Shown piece by piece: positions 24,456 to 35,600 of a stretch of 64,000 bases of DNA. Both the position numbers and the translations under genes were made by a program. The notes beneath the pieces are model-generated. The model did not search any database and was not told the DNA's origin. It saw only the letters and a list, made by a program, of their open reading frames with translations. This stretch comes from Blepharisma stoltei ATCC 30299 (lineage: Eukaryota; Protista; Ciliophora). Location of the stretch: NCBI GenBank assembly GCA_965603825.1, contig CBFDEM010000051.1, forward strand, positions 186,001-250,000, given 5' to 3'. The number at the start of each line of letters is the position of its first letter. Positions within the stretch are counted from its first letter, which is position 1.

Positions 24456-25478
24456 TTAATTAAATATCGCTTTCATCGATTCTTGCTTTTTCTTTAGATG
24501 CCCTAAATACAGCATCGCCCCAGCAAACGACAAAACCAGAAAACAAAAATTAACAATCCCAAACAGCCCTGCAAACTTAAAATTCATCTTTAACTCTTCA
24601 CCGAAGTCTTCAATCTCTACATCATACCCAGCTTCTTGCAAGTTTGCATTTATTTGAGGCCAGCTATCTTCAAGATATTTCATAACAAGTGATGATAACA
24701 GAATCGAGCCTATTCCAGCTACAAGAATCATAATTGAAATAAATCCTAAAGTCGTAGCGAACCAAATAATCATGGTTTGCCTTGAATGTGTAGCTGCATA
24801 GTAGCCTAAAATTCCTAGACCCATCATGCTGAAACCAATAAACACAAAAATAAAATTCGTCCAGCTTGGCAGCTGTGTATAATTAGAATGCTGGGCTGAG
24901 TAAAAACTGACAGCAATCAAGGCGCTCCCTAAAATGCTTAAAATTAAGCTAGTCACTGGGAAAAGGCTTTCTCTGATTTTCTTCCTAATTAAATTTCATA
25001 TATTCGCTTCAGCACTTATCATGATCATATTGACTGCAAATGAAAACGCTATGAGGGACTGGATTTCTGACTCCGCATGTCTTTTAAAGCCTGCCATGCT
25101 GTAGCCTTGAGCTGAATTCCTTAAGCTTTCCCAGTTGCGGTCAATAAAATCTTGAATATCATTTAGCATCAGTCATGCGCCAAGTGCAAAGACACTAATA
25201 AAGATAATTAAAATAATTGATGAGTAAAAAGTAAACAGCAGAACTTTTGAACTTTTAATCATATTGCCAACAATAGCAATAATCCCTAGCATTGACACAA
25301 TTCCTCCCATTCCCATTAAAGCTTTGTCAGCAATCAAAATTTCGACCCCGAACTTATTGGCTTGGTAGCCTAGTGTCATAATAATTGGTCCGAGTGCTAT
25401 AAGTGTTGCGCTGCAGACTCCAAGAATTCACCTTGTAAATGTATGAGGATTCTTTTTCGTTTTCTCTTGAGTTTGCAT
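24456..25478 (-). CDS. Polytopic membrane protein with two tandem tetraspanin-like 4-TM units, ~340 aa
   Basis: ATG 25478; TGA=Trp joins ORFs 25173..25379 and 24456..24956; about 8 hydrophobic helices; internal repeat 'IDRNWESL'/'LEDSWPQI'. Confidence 0.75.
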
Positions 25479-25562
25479 TTTATTTCATATATTCCTTAAT
25501 TTAAATCTCTGATTAATTGCTAAACTTATAGCTTTGATTAATAAAAATAACGATTACTAAAA

Positions 25563-25988
25563 ATGAAAACTCTGGGTTTTATAAGTGTCCTTATTTTTTA
25601 TATTTCTTATACAGCTTCAAGGTCTTTAAAATCAAATGATCATATTTTTAGCCAAAACTTTTTGCAGACAAATGGGTATAATTCGTATGGGACGATTATT
25701 TATTCGGAAGATGTATTGGAAAACACTTTGGCTGAGGATGAAAATGATAAAGATGAAAGCGTTGATTATGATGGGTTAACGCTGGAGGAGTTAGAAGATA
25801 CGGATTTGCAAGATTATTATGAGGATTTGGACGATTCAGATGAAATGTATTATACTGAGGATCAATCAGAAGAGGAAAGCGATTCTGAAGACAGCTATGA
25901 GGATTATTCTGATGATACAGAGAATTCAACTGAAGAAGTTGAGGAAGAAGAAAGTCAGCAAGAGAATGAAAGTGAAAGTAGCACATAA
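25563..25988 (+). CDS. Secreted, highly acidic low-complexity protein (141 aa)
   Basis: N-terminal signal peptide, then D/E/S/Y-rich tract; ends TAA. Confidence 0.7.
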   Translation: MKTLGFISVLIFYISYTASRSLKSNDHIFSQNFLQTNGYNSYGTIIYSEDVLENTLAEDENDKDESVDYDGLTLEELEDTDLQDYYEDLDDSDEMYYTEDQSEEESDSEDSYEDYSDDTENSTEEVEEEESQQENESESST

Positions 25989-26133
25989 TAAAGCACTTAA
26001 AAGCTCAAAATGCCTGCTTTTCGAATTAGATAAATTAAAATATTCATAATATTTATGTTTATATAAAAATTTTATTTTAAATCTTTATATAATCTGATTC
26101 GCAATGAAGTAATGATAATTCAGAAGCACATCA

Positions 26134-27819
26134 ATGGATAGAGGAACAAGAACTCCATCGACACGAGGTGTCTCTCCATCAACTATTTTCAACTGCACTG
26201 AAGTATTAATTCCTGATGCGGAGAGAGACCTAACCCCCAACTTACCTTTACTTCACAAGAGAATAAATTCGAGTTTTGCAGTTTCTCAGAACACAAGTCT
26301 TAATTCATTTTCCAAAGAAAATAAAAAACCGCCGAGATCTAGCTCTTCAAAAGGCTTCTTGAGGAGAAACTATAGCACATTAAATAAAACATCTGCTGAT
26401 ATCGAGCCATCAAGCCATCTTATAGATACTATAGAAAATATTAAAAATAAGGTCGAAAAGTCTTTTGAAAATAGCTCATTTCAGCAAAACGGAGATATTT
26501 CTGGATTTATTCGTAATATTAAAGATCTCGAAGGTCTGAAACACATAAGAAGCTACATAAATGAAATTGGAAAAGAAGTCGTATTAAAAAAACAACGTTA
26601 TAACGAAATTCATGGAGAAGTCATAGAGCGGCAAGAAAAACTGAAAAAGCTTGAAGAAGCCTTTGAATTGTTAGAAAAAGAAGAAAACGAAACAAATAAT
26701 TTGCTTGAAGTCTATAATTTTCGAAGAGATGAATACCGCGATTTTCAACAAGGCTTGAATAATGAAGTTTATTACCAAGAAACCCTAAAATATATGATTG
26801 CTTGCAGGCAGGAAAACTCAAAAGCGATGTCTTACCCTTTAAATACAGATAATTTAAAGCTAAAACAAATAAGTCAGAAAATCAAAAAAACTGGAAAAGA
26901 AATAGTGAAATATGTATCGAAATTTGGAGAAATAAAGAAACAAATTGAAATAATAACTGGGAAAACTGAAAAAGAAAGAAAAGAAATGGAAAAGAAAGTT
27001 CAGTCTGAACTTAAAGTTTTTGAAGACTACCAAAAATTAAAAAAATGCATATCTCTTGAGCATGATAGAAATGTTACAATAGAAAGGCAGCAAAATAATG
27101 CAGTGCAATTATTGAAATTTGAAAGAAAAATCGGAGAATTGAAAGAAGAGCATATTATACAAGATGAAGCTATGAAGTTAGAAAAAAGCCAAGAAATCCT
27201 AGAAAAAAAGCTAATAGCAATCCAAAGGGTTTCAAATATCGCAACTGTCCAAGATATGGTTCCTTACTACCAATATCTTTTAGAAAAAAATAAAAACTTA
27301 AAAGGTACAGTTGAGCAGCTTCAAACACAAATTGACAATCTAACACAAGAAAAAGAAGAATTGGCAAAGGAAGCTGATTTTTGGAAATTTCAAGATGACT
27401 CATATTTTAAACTCAGCATCCAAGAAGCTGATATAGCTAATGAAGAACTAGAAAAGAAAATAGATGAAATTATGAGGAGCGAAAATAACCTACATAAACT
27501 TCAAGAACTTATAAACGCATCTGTTAATGTTCTTAGTCGAGTGGTTTTTCAATTATCTGATAATGAAAGTTCTGTGATTGAAGTAAGCGAAAAAAAATTG
27601 AGCAGAGCTTTGGCTTATGCATCAACTAGACTGGATCAAATGATGGAAATTCTTCAAAATCATCAAAGCGTGTTTTATATTGAAAGCATTAATACTGGGA
27701 TGGAGTTTGGATCTGCCCCATCATTTTTGAGGTTAAATAACAGCAGACAGGCTAGAGTTGAAAATAATGACCGTTTAGGTTTTTCGAATAAGGAAAATGA
27801 GACATCTAAAAGGAATTAA
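26134..27819 (+). CDS. Long coiled-coil protein, possibly outer dynein arm docking complex (ODAD)-like
   Basis: 561-aa ORF, heptad-rich; 'IQRVSNIATVQDMV' weakly resembles the ODAD1/ODAD3 core. Confidence 0.7.
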   Translation: MDRGTRTPSTRGVSPSTIFNCTEVLIPDAERDLTPNLPLLHKRINSSFAVSQNTSLNSFSKENKKPPRSSSSKGFLRRNYSTLNKTSADIEPSSHLIDTIENIKNKVEKSFENSSFQQNGDISGFIRNIKDLEGLKHIRSYINEIGKEVVLKKQRYNEIHGEVIERQEKLKKLEEAFELLEKEENETNNLLEVYNFRRDEYRDFQQGLNNEVYYQETLKYMIACRQENSKAMSYPLNTDNLKLKQISQKIKKTGKEIVKYVSKFGEIKKQIEIITGKTEKERKEMEKKVQSELKVFEDYQKLKKCISLEHDRNVTIERQQNNAVQLLKFERKIGELKEEHIIQDEAMKLEKSQEILEKKLIAIQRVSNIATVQDMVPYYQYLLEKNKNLKGTVEQLQTQIDNLTQEKEELAKEADFWKFQDDSYFKLSIQEADIANEELEKKIDEIMRSENNLHKLQELINASVNVLSRVVFQLSDNESSVIEVSEKKLSRALAYASTRLDQMMEILQNHQSVFYIESINTGMEFGSAPSFLRLNNSRQARVENNDRLGFSNKENETSKRN

Positions 27820-28083
27820 ATTTTTGAAAAAGTTGTAATTCATCATTGATCTAAATAATTTAAGAGAAACAAATTTTCCTAGCTGTTAGCTTATATATAA
27901 ATTATAATTTTAGAATAAAATCAGAAGAAAATATAATGGATAGCAAAATATTTAAAGTACCTATATAAAAGGAGTCAGATAAATATAGTGAAATTCCAAT
28001 TCCTATAAAATTTTAATAATTTTTCTACTATTTAATTATTAAATAGATCTATATTCAAATTAATTAAAATTAATCTTCCAGAC

Positions 28084-28782
28084 TTAAGAATTTCGTGATT
28101 TCGCACGCTTGCTTAATACTTTCTTTATCATATGCGAAAGTCCATTAACAGATGCATCAATATGATTAAAATCAGTATAAAGGAACTCCCAATTTCCTCT
28201 ATTTTCTTTTGCTGTCCTCAAAACGCCCACAGACGTATATCCCAGCATAATAAATGCATTTTTAAACCTCACAAGGGTATCTTCATGGAAATCTTTTCCC
28301 ATCTTGACTTTCAGCAAGTCAAATAGCTCCGTAATATCCATAGAATTCGGATATTTATATGGTGGGCCTTCACTAATCTCGGTTGAAGTAAAATGCACGT
28401 AGTTTTCAGCAGGGTCTTCTTCCTTTAAATCCAAAGCCAGCATATTATCAACATCACTTATCGTCAGTTTTTCGAACTTCAAGTCGGTAAAATCTTCTGC
28501 ACATATTTTATTATTTATGTCTCATTTGTTTACATCTTCCTGAGTAAAGCAATATGTGTGCCTATTTGCTGAATTTATTGAAGAAAATCTTCTGACACAG
28601 TTAGAGAATGGTTTATTACAGGGAATAGCATTGCAATTATCAAGCTTTGTGTGCTTTACGACTCGAAGGGAGCTTTTTCCGGCTTCAAAAGTCATATAGC
28701 ATCGCGGGCACCAAGCTTTCATCCTTCCAGGAGTCGTTTCAGCCTTTTTTGGCTCTTCTGCTCTATTTGGGCTGGATTCCAT
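28084..28782 (-). CDS. Protein with two atypical Cys/His zinc-finger-like motifs and a helical C-terminal domain
   Basis: ORFs joined by TGA at 28522; 'CPRC..KH....C' and 'C....NC.RRF......RH..C'. Confidence 0.75.
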
Positions 28783-29481
28783 TTTATTTGAGTAAACCCT
28801 ATTTCCTATTTTATCCTATTTTGGAAATAGTAGAAAAATTCGGATAGGATTTGGTATAAAATACGATTAAAATCCCAAAATTAAGCTTGCAGTAATGATT
28901 TTTTTCTTAAGATTCTTAAAAATTGAATTTATTTTTTCGCTCAGCTTGTTGAATTAATTAAACGTTATCAAATAGATTGATCTTAATAAATAGATCTTTA
29001 TTTATTAGTAGCTTTTGGGCCAATCCAAATTTTTGCTATCGTAGAAAGGTTTTATTTACAATAGTAAACGAATTTTTTAAAGCAAATAATTTCAAATTAT
29101 TTATGAACCTATGCCTTGAGGAACGTTTGAACATTTTTATCGCATAAATCTTTATCATTCTGCTTAGCAATTAGACCCTATAATATCAGTTCCTAGAACA
29201 TCAGTTAGATTTAAAAGGGTTTGACTAATCAGAACTTTCAGGAAGATCCAACACTTAAAGCAATTACATAACTTTTTAACTAATTAAATATTTTTTCATT
29301 ACGGCCTGACCAAATCTAATCCGAATTCATTAATAATTGCTTATAAATCATATTTACCATAAACATATTTTTTATTATATTTTGTCAATATCATTAAAAT
29401 TATCTTCTATTTGCTGCTACTACCATAATTTTCTCTTTTATAACTCTATTAATAAAAATCCATTTTCATATAATTATAATT

Positions 29482-30393
29482 ATGTCTGGCAATTATCCCA
29501 GTGAGTTGTCTAAAAACACTTTGTTGCCAATTTCCAAACAAAACAAAAATCCAAGTGACTCAGACGCCGAAAGCTGTAAAAGCAGTGAATTTGGCGGCCT
29601 GTTCGACCAGCAGCTTATAGAGAAGTATGAAGAAGAACATCATGAATTCATGCAGTATGGGCTTTCACAAAAGAGCGAATTAATTTTACGGAGAATTTCG
29701 ATGTCAAAGCAGGTTCCTTATGAGTTCAGAATCCAGCCATTTTTCCGTTTACTTGTTGGGGCTTATCAAGAACTGAATTTAAATGAAATCGAAGTTGCGG
29801 TGTGAGCAATTTATATTGAGCGCTTTGTTTGACCAGAACCTCAGGCAACGCTTCATTACTTGTTAGTTACTACAGCATTTGCTGCGAAATTACACATGAA
29901 TGATGATACAAATCACTTAAAAGAATATCTTAAAACAAAAATTTTGGGCTTTGAAGAAAATTTTGCTTTATGATATTCGCAAAATGAAAAAAATATGATG
30001 ATTTCTCTGCAAGAGCTGAATACAGTTTATTCAAATCTTGGAGAATGAATGGAGAAATCAAAAGACAACATGGCCTTTGAATTGAATTATTATGTGGACG
30101 ATATACTCAAATCTTCGCTGCCATACCAATCTGAAGCCAAAGAGCTTCAAAACGATTTCAAGTCAGGAGCTAAGCAAATCAATATTGAGCATATCCCGGT
30201 TATGCCATTACAATTTCCTCCAGTGGAAGTTCGACAGATAAATTTTTATGACAATTTGCTACCTCCTCTATCAAATCCAAATAGTGGTGCCTCACCTGTA
30301 TTGAATCTGCACCCCCAAGTTTCTGAAGACACAGATTTTCTGAATTTAACCCCGAATTATTCTCAAAAAGGTAAATCAAGTGCTAGCTTTTAA
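29482..30393 (+). CDS. Divergent cyclin-fold-like protein, ~303 aa
   Basis: One frame with four TGA=Trp; 'IYIERF..LLVTTAFAAKLHMND' resembles the PHO80-type cyclin box; ends TAA. Confidence 0.65.
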
Positions 30394-31397
30394 GTATATT
30401 TACAATTAAATGTCCATAATTCACGTGTCAATATTTATTAATGTCAAAATCAAGACTTCGGATTATAATAATGATAAATCTTATATGAATAAGGCTTATA
30501 TAATCTACGTATAAATTATATTTAGCGATGCTTATAATTAGAAACAGTGCTAGTTATAAATTGATTTTTAATATTTGATGTCTTTTTTTAAAATCTGCTC
30601 ATTCTAATTTCCTACCTGTTTAAATTAAACAAAATTTACGTAATTTTAATAAAAAAATAACCTCATTTAAATTAGGCAACCTTTTGCCCCAATTTAAAAA
30701 GAGCACAGCTTAAAAAAATAGAACAAATATTTGAATAAAGAAGTTTCATAAGGTTCAAGTGTTACTCTTTACAAAAATGTAATGTTGCTAGGGACTAGCA
30801 AATAATGAATCAGACGTTCTAAAGCTCCCGATGCATTGCAGGTGCTTTAGTCTTCTCCAAACATCTCCAATATAGATCTAAATTTTACTGCAGCTATAGA
30901 GCACTTTCAACCTTTTTTTAGAAGTGGAAAATTTATCTGGGATTTTGAAACAGTTAATGATTGATAAAATGAAGAGTTGGGTTTGAAGATGTAAATTTAA
31001 AAGAATATGAATTTAAAGGAAAATTTGAATATGTTATGAGGATAATACAATTATGAGTGCTCAAGAGTCTTAATCTAAATTAAAAATTAGATGTATTCTA
31101 TTATTCACGCAGTCACCCATACCTTCGAAGGAGGTCCATCCGCTTACTACATACTCAATTAGATTTGACCGAGTGAGATTATTATTCGATATATATTTAA
31201 ACTAATGAAAATTTTTTAATAAAATTTATGTCTTTAAAACTTTCTCTCTCCAATAGTTTAGCTTTATTTGTCAATAAGTTTATGTAGCATAAAATTCACC
31301 AATAATTGATACCTAAATTTTTAAATTGGCTAAAATAAAATTCACATAAATAAGAATCTTAATCCAAAATTCCCATATTTGTAATCCAATAATTAAA

Positions 31398-32429
31398 ATG
31401 CAATCTAAACTTGCTGGACTTTGGCTTTTATCAGCAGGAGCAGGCGTATTTGGTATGATAACAGGTGGCAGCTATTTAAGGGTCAAAAAATCCCCTATTT
31501 CAAGCTCTGGAGAATCTTTAAGTGGATTTAAGCTTCAAACTACCGAACAAGAGTGGGAAGAAAAGCACAGAACCCATCAATTACTTTGCGAATCAAAAGG
31601 AATCCAACCTATTGTCAATCTAGAAGAATATAAGCTTGACTACAATATTTATATATCGCATATTGCTTTAGCACAAGGTCTAGGTGTCTATATAGCTGTC
31701 CCTTCTTTAATTGGATTATTGACAAGAAAATTCGGAGGAGTGTTTGCGATGAAGCTAATTGGTATTAACTCTTTATTTGCTTTAGGTGGCTATATTAGCC
31801 AAGTCCTTAAGCAAGATAAGACAAAAGAATTAGGGATCCCTGATAGCTTAGTATTCCCTGCTTATATGGGTACTGGGGTTTCTTTATATTCACTCCTAAT
31901 GTGGACTGGATTCTTCTGCTTCAGAAAACCTCAGGCTGCATTTGCAGAGGAATTAGTAGCTTCAGCATATAAAGGAGCAAGAAGAAGATTTATGGGGCTT
32001 ACTCATCTTTCATTATTCACCTTTTTTGCAGGACTTTTGGTGTCCTCTACTAAGGCTGGAAATGTTTTAAATAATTGGCCATGGTATGGTAAAGATTATT
32101 TTTTCCCTGAAAGTGCATGGGATTTAGAGCCAGCGTATAAAAATTTTTATGAAAATAGAGCTATGATTCAGTTTGTGCATAGAACTTTGGGAACTTTAGC
32201 TTATCTTGGAGTGCTAGATCTGTTTACTTATCAGTATGGAAAACCTTTGCCATTTTCAGTGAAATTTTCATCATTTTCGCTTTTGCTTCTTATGACAGCG
32301 CAGCTTATTGGAGGAATAAAATCACTTAAGGATGGCCCTCAGCCAGAAGGGACTCTAGGCCATAGCACCAATTCTATATTGATGTTGACGATCCTTTACT
32401 ACGGTCTTCATGTTTTAAGAAGACGTTAA
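31398..32429 (+). CDS. COX15: COX15/CtaA heme A synthase-like protein (divergent)
   Basis: About 8 TM helices; 'AG..NNWPW', 'NFYEN.AMIQFVHR'; N-terminal motifs degenerate. Confidence 0.8.
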   Translation: MQSKLAGLWLLSAGAGVFGMITGGSYLRVKKSPISSSGESLSGFKLQTTEQEWEEKHRTHQLLCESKGIQPIVNLEEYKLDYNIYISHIALAQGLGVYIAVPSLIGLLTRKFGGVFAMKLIGINSLFALGGYISQVLKQDKTKELGIPDSLVFPAYMGTGVSLYSLLMWTGFFCFRKPQAAFAEELVASAYKGARRRFMGLTHLSLFTFFAGLLVSSTKAGNVLNNWPWYGKDYFFPESAWDLEPAYKNFYENRAMIQFVHRTLGTLAYLGVLDLFTYQYGKPLPFSVKFSSFSLLLLMTAQLIGGIKSLKDGPQPEGTLGHSTNSILMLTILYYGLHVLRRR

Positions 32430-32635
32430 TAAATCATAAGATTTCAAAAATTGCATTTATATAGCAGCTAAATTCAAATTTTATTTAAAAATATTGTAAT
32501 CTGTAGCAAAAATCATAGAGGTTTATATTTGGATTTTATTAATTGGTATAATGGTTGAAAAAAACTTATTAATTCCCTCTCTAATTATAAGGATAATAGA
32601 TTTTGATAGATACTTTCAATTGCTAATCTCTATAA

Positions 32636-35600
32636 ATGGCACAAGAAGAGACTGTGAAATTGAAAAAAGGTGACTATACGGTTCACATTTTCATAGAGAA
32701 CGGAAGAGGTCTTCTCCCTCTTAACGATTCCGGTAAAATTGACCCAATTGTAAGTTTTAAAGTATTCGGCAAAGAAAAATGCACCAAAGCCCTTGATGAT
32801 GTAGGATCAGGCGCAGCCATTTTCTGGGGTGAACATTTTTACTTTTCAAAAGAGAACGCGAGCGCTTCAGAAATAGAGCAGCAGCGACTTACAATTGAAG
32901 TCAGAGACCACAGGTTTCTCTTAAAAAATTCTCTTGTTGGATGCTATGAAATGGATCTGACCTATGTATATTATCAAAAAGACCATACCATATTTCATCA
33001 ATGAATAGGTCTAAGCAATCCTGAAGCTGCTGATTTTAGTGTCGTCCGTGGATACCTCAAGCTTGGAATTTCAGTTCTCCATGAATCTGATAAAGCAGTC
33101 GATCTCACAGTTCCAGAAAAACCAGGGGCAACTGAAGAAATGCTGCTACCTCCTCAAGTCAAGCCAAAAACAGTACAACTTGTTGTAAGGTTTTTAAAAG
33201 CTGAGCAGCTGCCTAAAATGGATCGAGTAGGTACAGCTGATGCATATTGTATTGCAAAATTCTCAGGGGTCGAGCAGAGAACATCAGTAATAACAGTCGA
33301 TGAGGCCACGATGTCTGCTTATTGGTATGAAGAAGTTTACCTCCCAGTCATGCAGCCCTGTGTCGCCACAAAGTTACAAGTGACAGTCCTTGACCATGAT
33401 ACAGCTAGTCCTAATGACGATTTAATTGGAAGCATCAGCTTTAGCTGGGACAAAATTTTAAACGGTGACTACAAAGATCATTTTTGGGCTAACATTTATG
33501 GAGCACCTCCCAGAACAGACAACGACGAGTCAAAATTAATGAACTCTATCCCTGAAATGGCTTCATATTGGAGAGGAAGGCTACTTATGAGTATTTTTGT
33601 AGACGAAGAAGCAAGAGCAGTGCTTAAAGTTGAAAAAGTAGCAGAAGAAGGAATAAAGGAAAAAGTTCAGCAAGAATTTGAAGTCGGAGAAATGTACGAA
33701 GTCAGAGCACAAGTGTTCTCAGCCATCGCACTCCCTGATAAAACTGGAAAGTATGGTATCAAGGTCAGATGGGCTGAAATTGAGCTTTCTTCTACTGAAA
33801 TGAGAGCTAATAATGGCTGCTGCAAATGATATGAAAGCTTAAATAGGAAAACGACACTAATTCCTAATAGATCTGAATCAATACTTCCAGATGTGTTTAT
33901 ATACTTGAATAGTGGAGGCTCTAACGTTTGTTACGCAAGATTGAGTGCTAAAGAATGCATGAAATTAGATAAAGATGAGATGTGGATTAGGTTTAACCCT
34001 GACAAAGCTATTAATACTGTAAAAAATGACTGGGAAGGAGGATTTATAAAAATAAAAGTCTATATTGGAAAATTGTCAGAACAGAAACTTGTAAGGTGGA
34101 ACAGGCCTGAACAAAGGTCTGAAGTTAGCATGACCCTGCTCTGTCATCTTTTCCAATGCAAAAATCTTCCATCCTCAGACTCAAATGGATCTGCTGATCC
34201 ATACGTTGTCATGTACTGCGCTGGAAATCAAGTTAATACTGATAAAAAAGCGAAGCCAAATACACTTAATCCTATGTGGTATGAAACCCTTGCAATGGAA
34301 ATCTCTGTAGAGCCTGATACATCAACACCTGTACTTATTTATGTATGGGATTACGATTTAGGAAGCAAAGATGACCTTATGGGAATGTGCATTGTTAATG
34401 TAAAGATTATTTAGATGAAAGAAATTAGGAGAGACACTACGCTGGCTCCAAGGCCAAAATGGTATAAATTGGATATGGGAAAGCCTGGGACTGAAGAAGG
34501 AGAAATTTTGATGTCATTTAGCTTACAGCAAAGCGGAAATGTACCGTATTACAGCTTAGTGTAAATATTATACAGACCTGAAAGCACAGAAGTAACAATA
34601 GAAATCAATATTTTGGGGCTAAGGGATTTAAAGCCTGCTGTAGGTTGGATGCCAGTAAATAAAGCATTTATGAAGTTTGATTTAAAATCTCTGCAACTTC
34701 CTGGAGAATCTTTGCCTGTTCAAGAGTTAAGAACTCAACCTTTCGAGCCAGGCCCGAACCCAAACATTAATACAGTGCTTTCCTTCACATGCATGATACC
34801 TGTAGATTCTTTATATTGTCCAGTTTTAAATGTAATCATTATTTAGTGTACTGTTCACGACTATGTTCTTTACGGACTATCACAACCTTTACTTGGGACG
34901 TTTACTATTCAAATCGGCGATCTTCTACTCAAAAAATATAAGCGAGCTGAAGCTAAAAGACAAGCCAATCTAATCTTCAACAGATATTCTACCGCATTAG
35001 CTCCAGCCAAGCTCGACGAAGAACAGCGAAATGCCGCATTTAATCGATACTCCACCCAATTTCCTGCAATAAAAATCGAAGACGAGAAAGAAGAGCCAAG
35101 ACGTTCCTTTGATTCTCTAAATCCTTTCAAAGTTGTAGAAGAAGCTAATGAAGATGAATATGAAGAAGAGGAAAAAGATTTTGAACCACTTTTCAGCGTC
35201 GTTCAGAGACGAAAAGAAACTCTTGTGAGGCCATTTCTCCCCAAGGCATCTGTAGGTGCAGGAGGAGATACAATGAGATCTTTATTTAATACACCTCGTG
35301 CTAGTATAAGGGAAGAAATTAAAGCGGAGGATATGAAGGTGGAGGAAATGCAGGTAGATAGGGTCGTCATTTATCCACAATTTGCTGATGACCCAAGGAA
35401 GAAAAGAAAAGTTGAGGTCGGAATTCCAAATCCTGAAGAATATTGCCCGTTAGGATATAACAGAGAGCCTGATGATGGAAAAAAGCATTATAGATACTAC
35501 ATTAAAGGGGAGCTTGAAAAATCAATTTTTATGGATGGGTCACCGTTTGACCAATACGATTTAATCAGAGGGCAGTCTAGAGGTTTAGGAGGCATAATTG

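Noticed and set aside
25978-25993. Possible 16-nt intron GTAGCACATAATAAAG spanning the stop of the acidic protein
   Set aside because: The GTAG donor and AAG acceptor deviate from the GTAA...YAG seen in all nine supported introns, and nothing requires it
31128-31143. AAGGAGGTCCATCCGC resembling the complement of the 16S rRNA 3' end or an HDV-ribozyme core
   Set aside because: The match is short and gapped, and the flanking helices needed for either structure are absent
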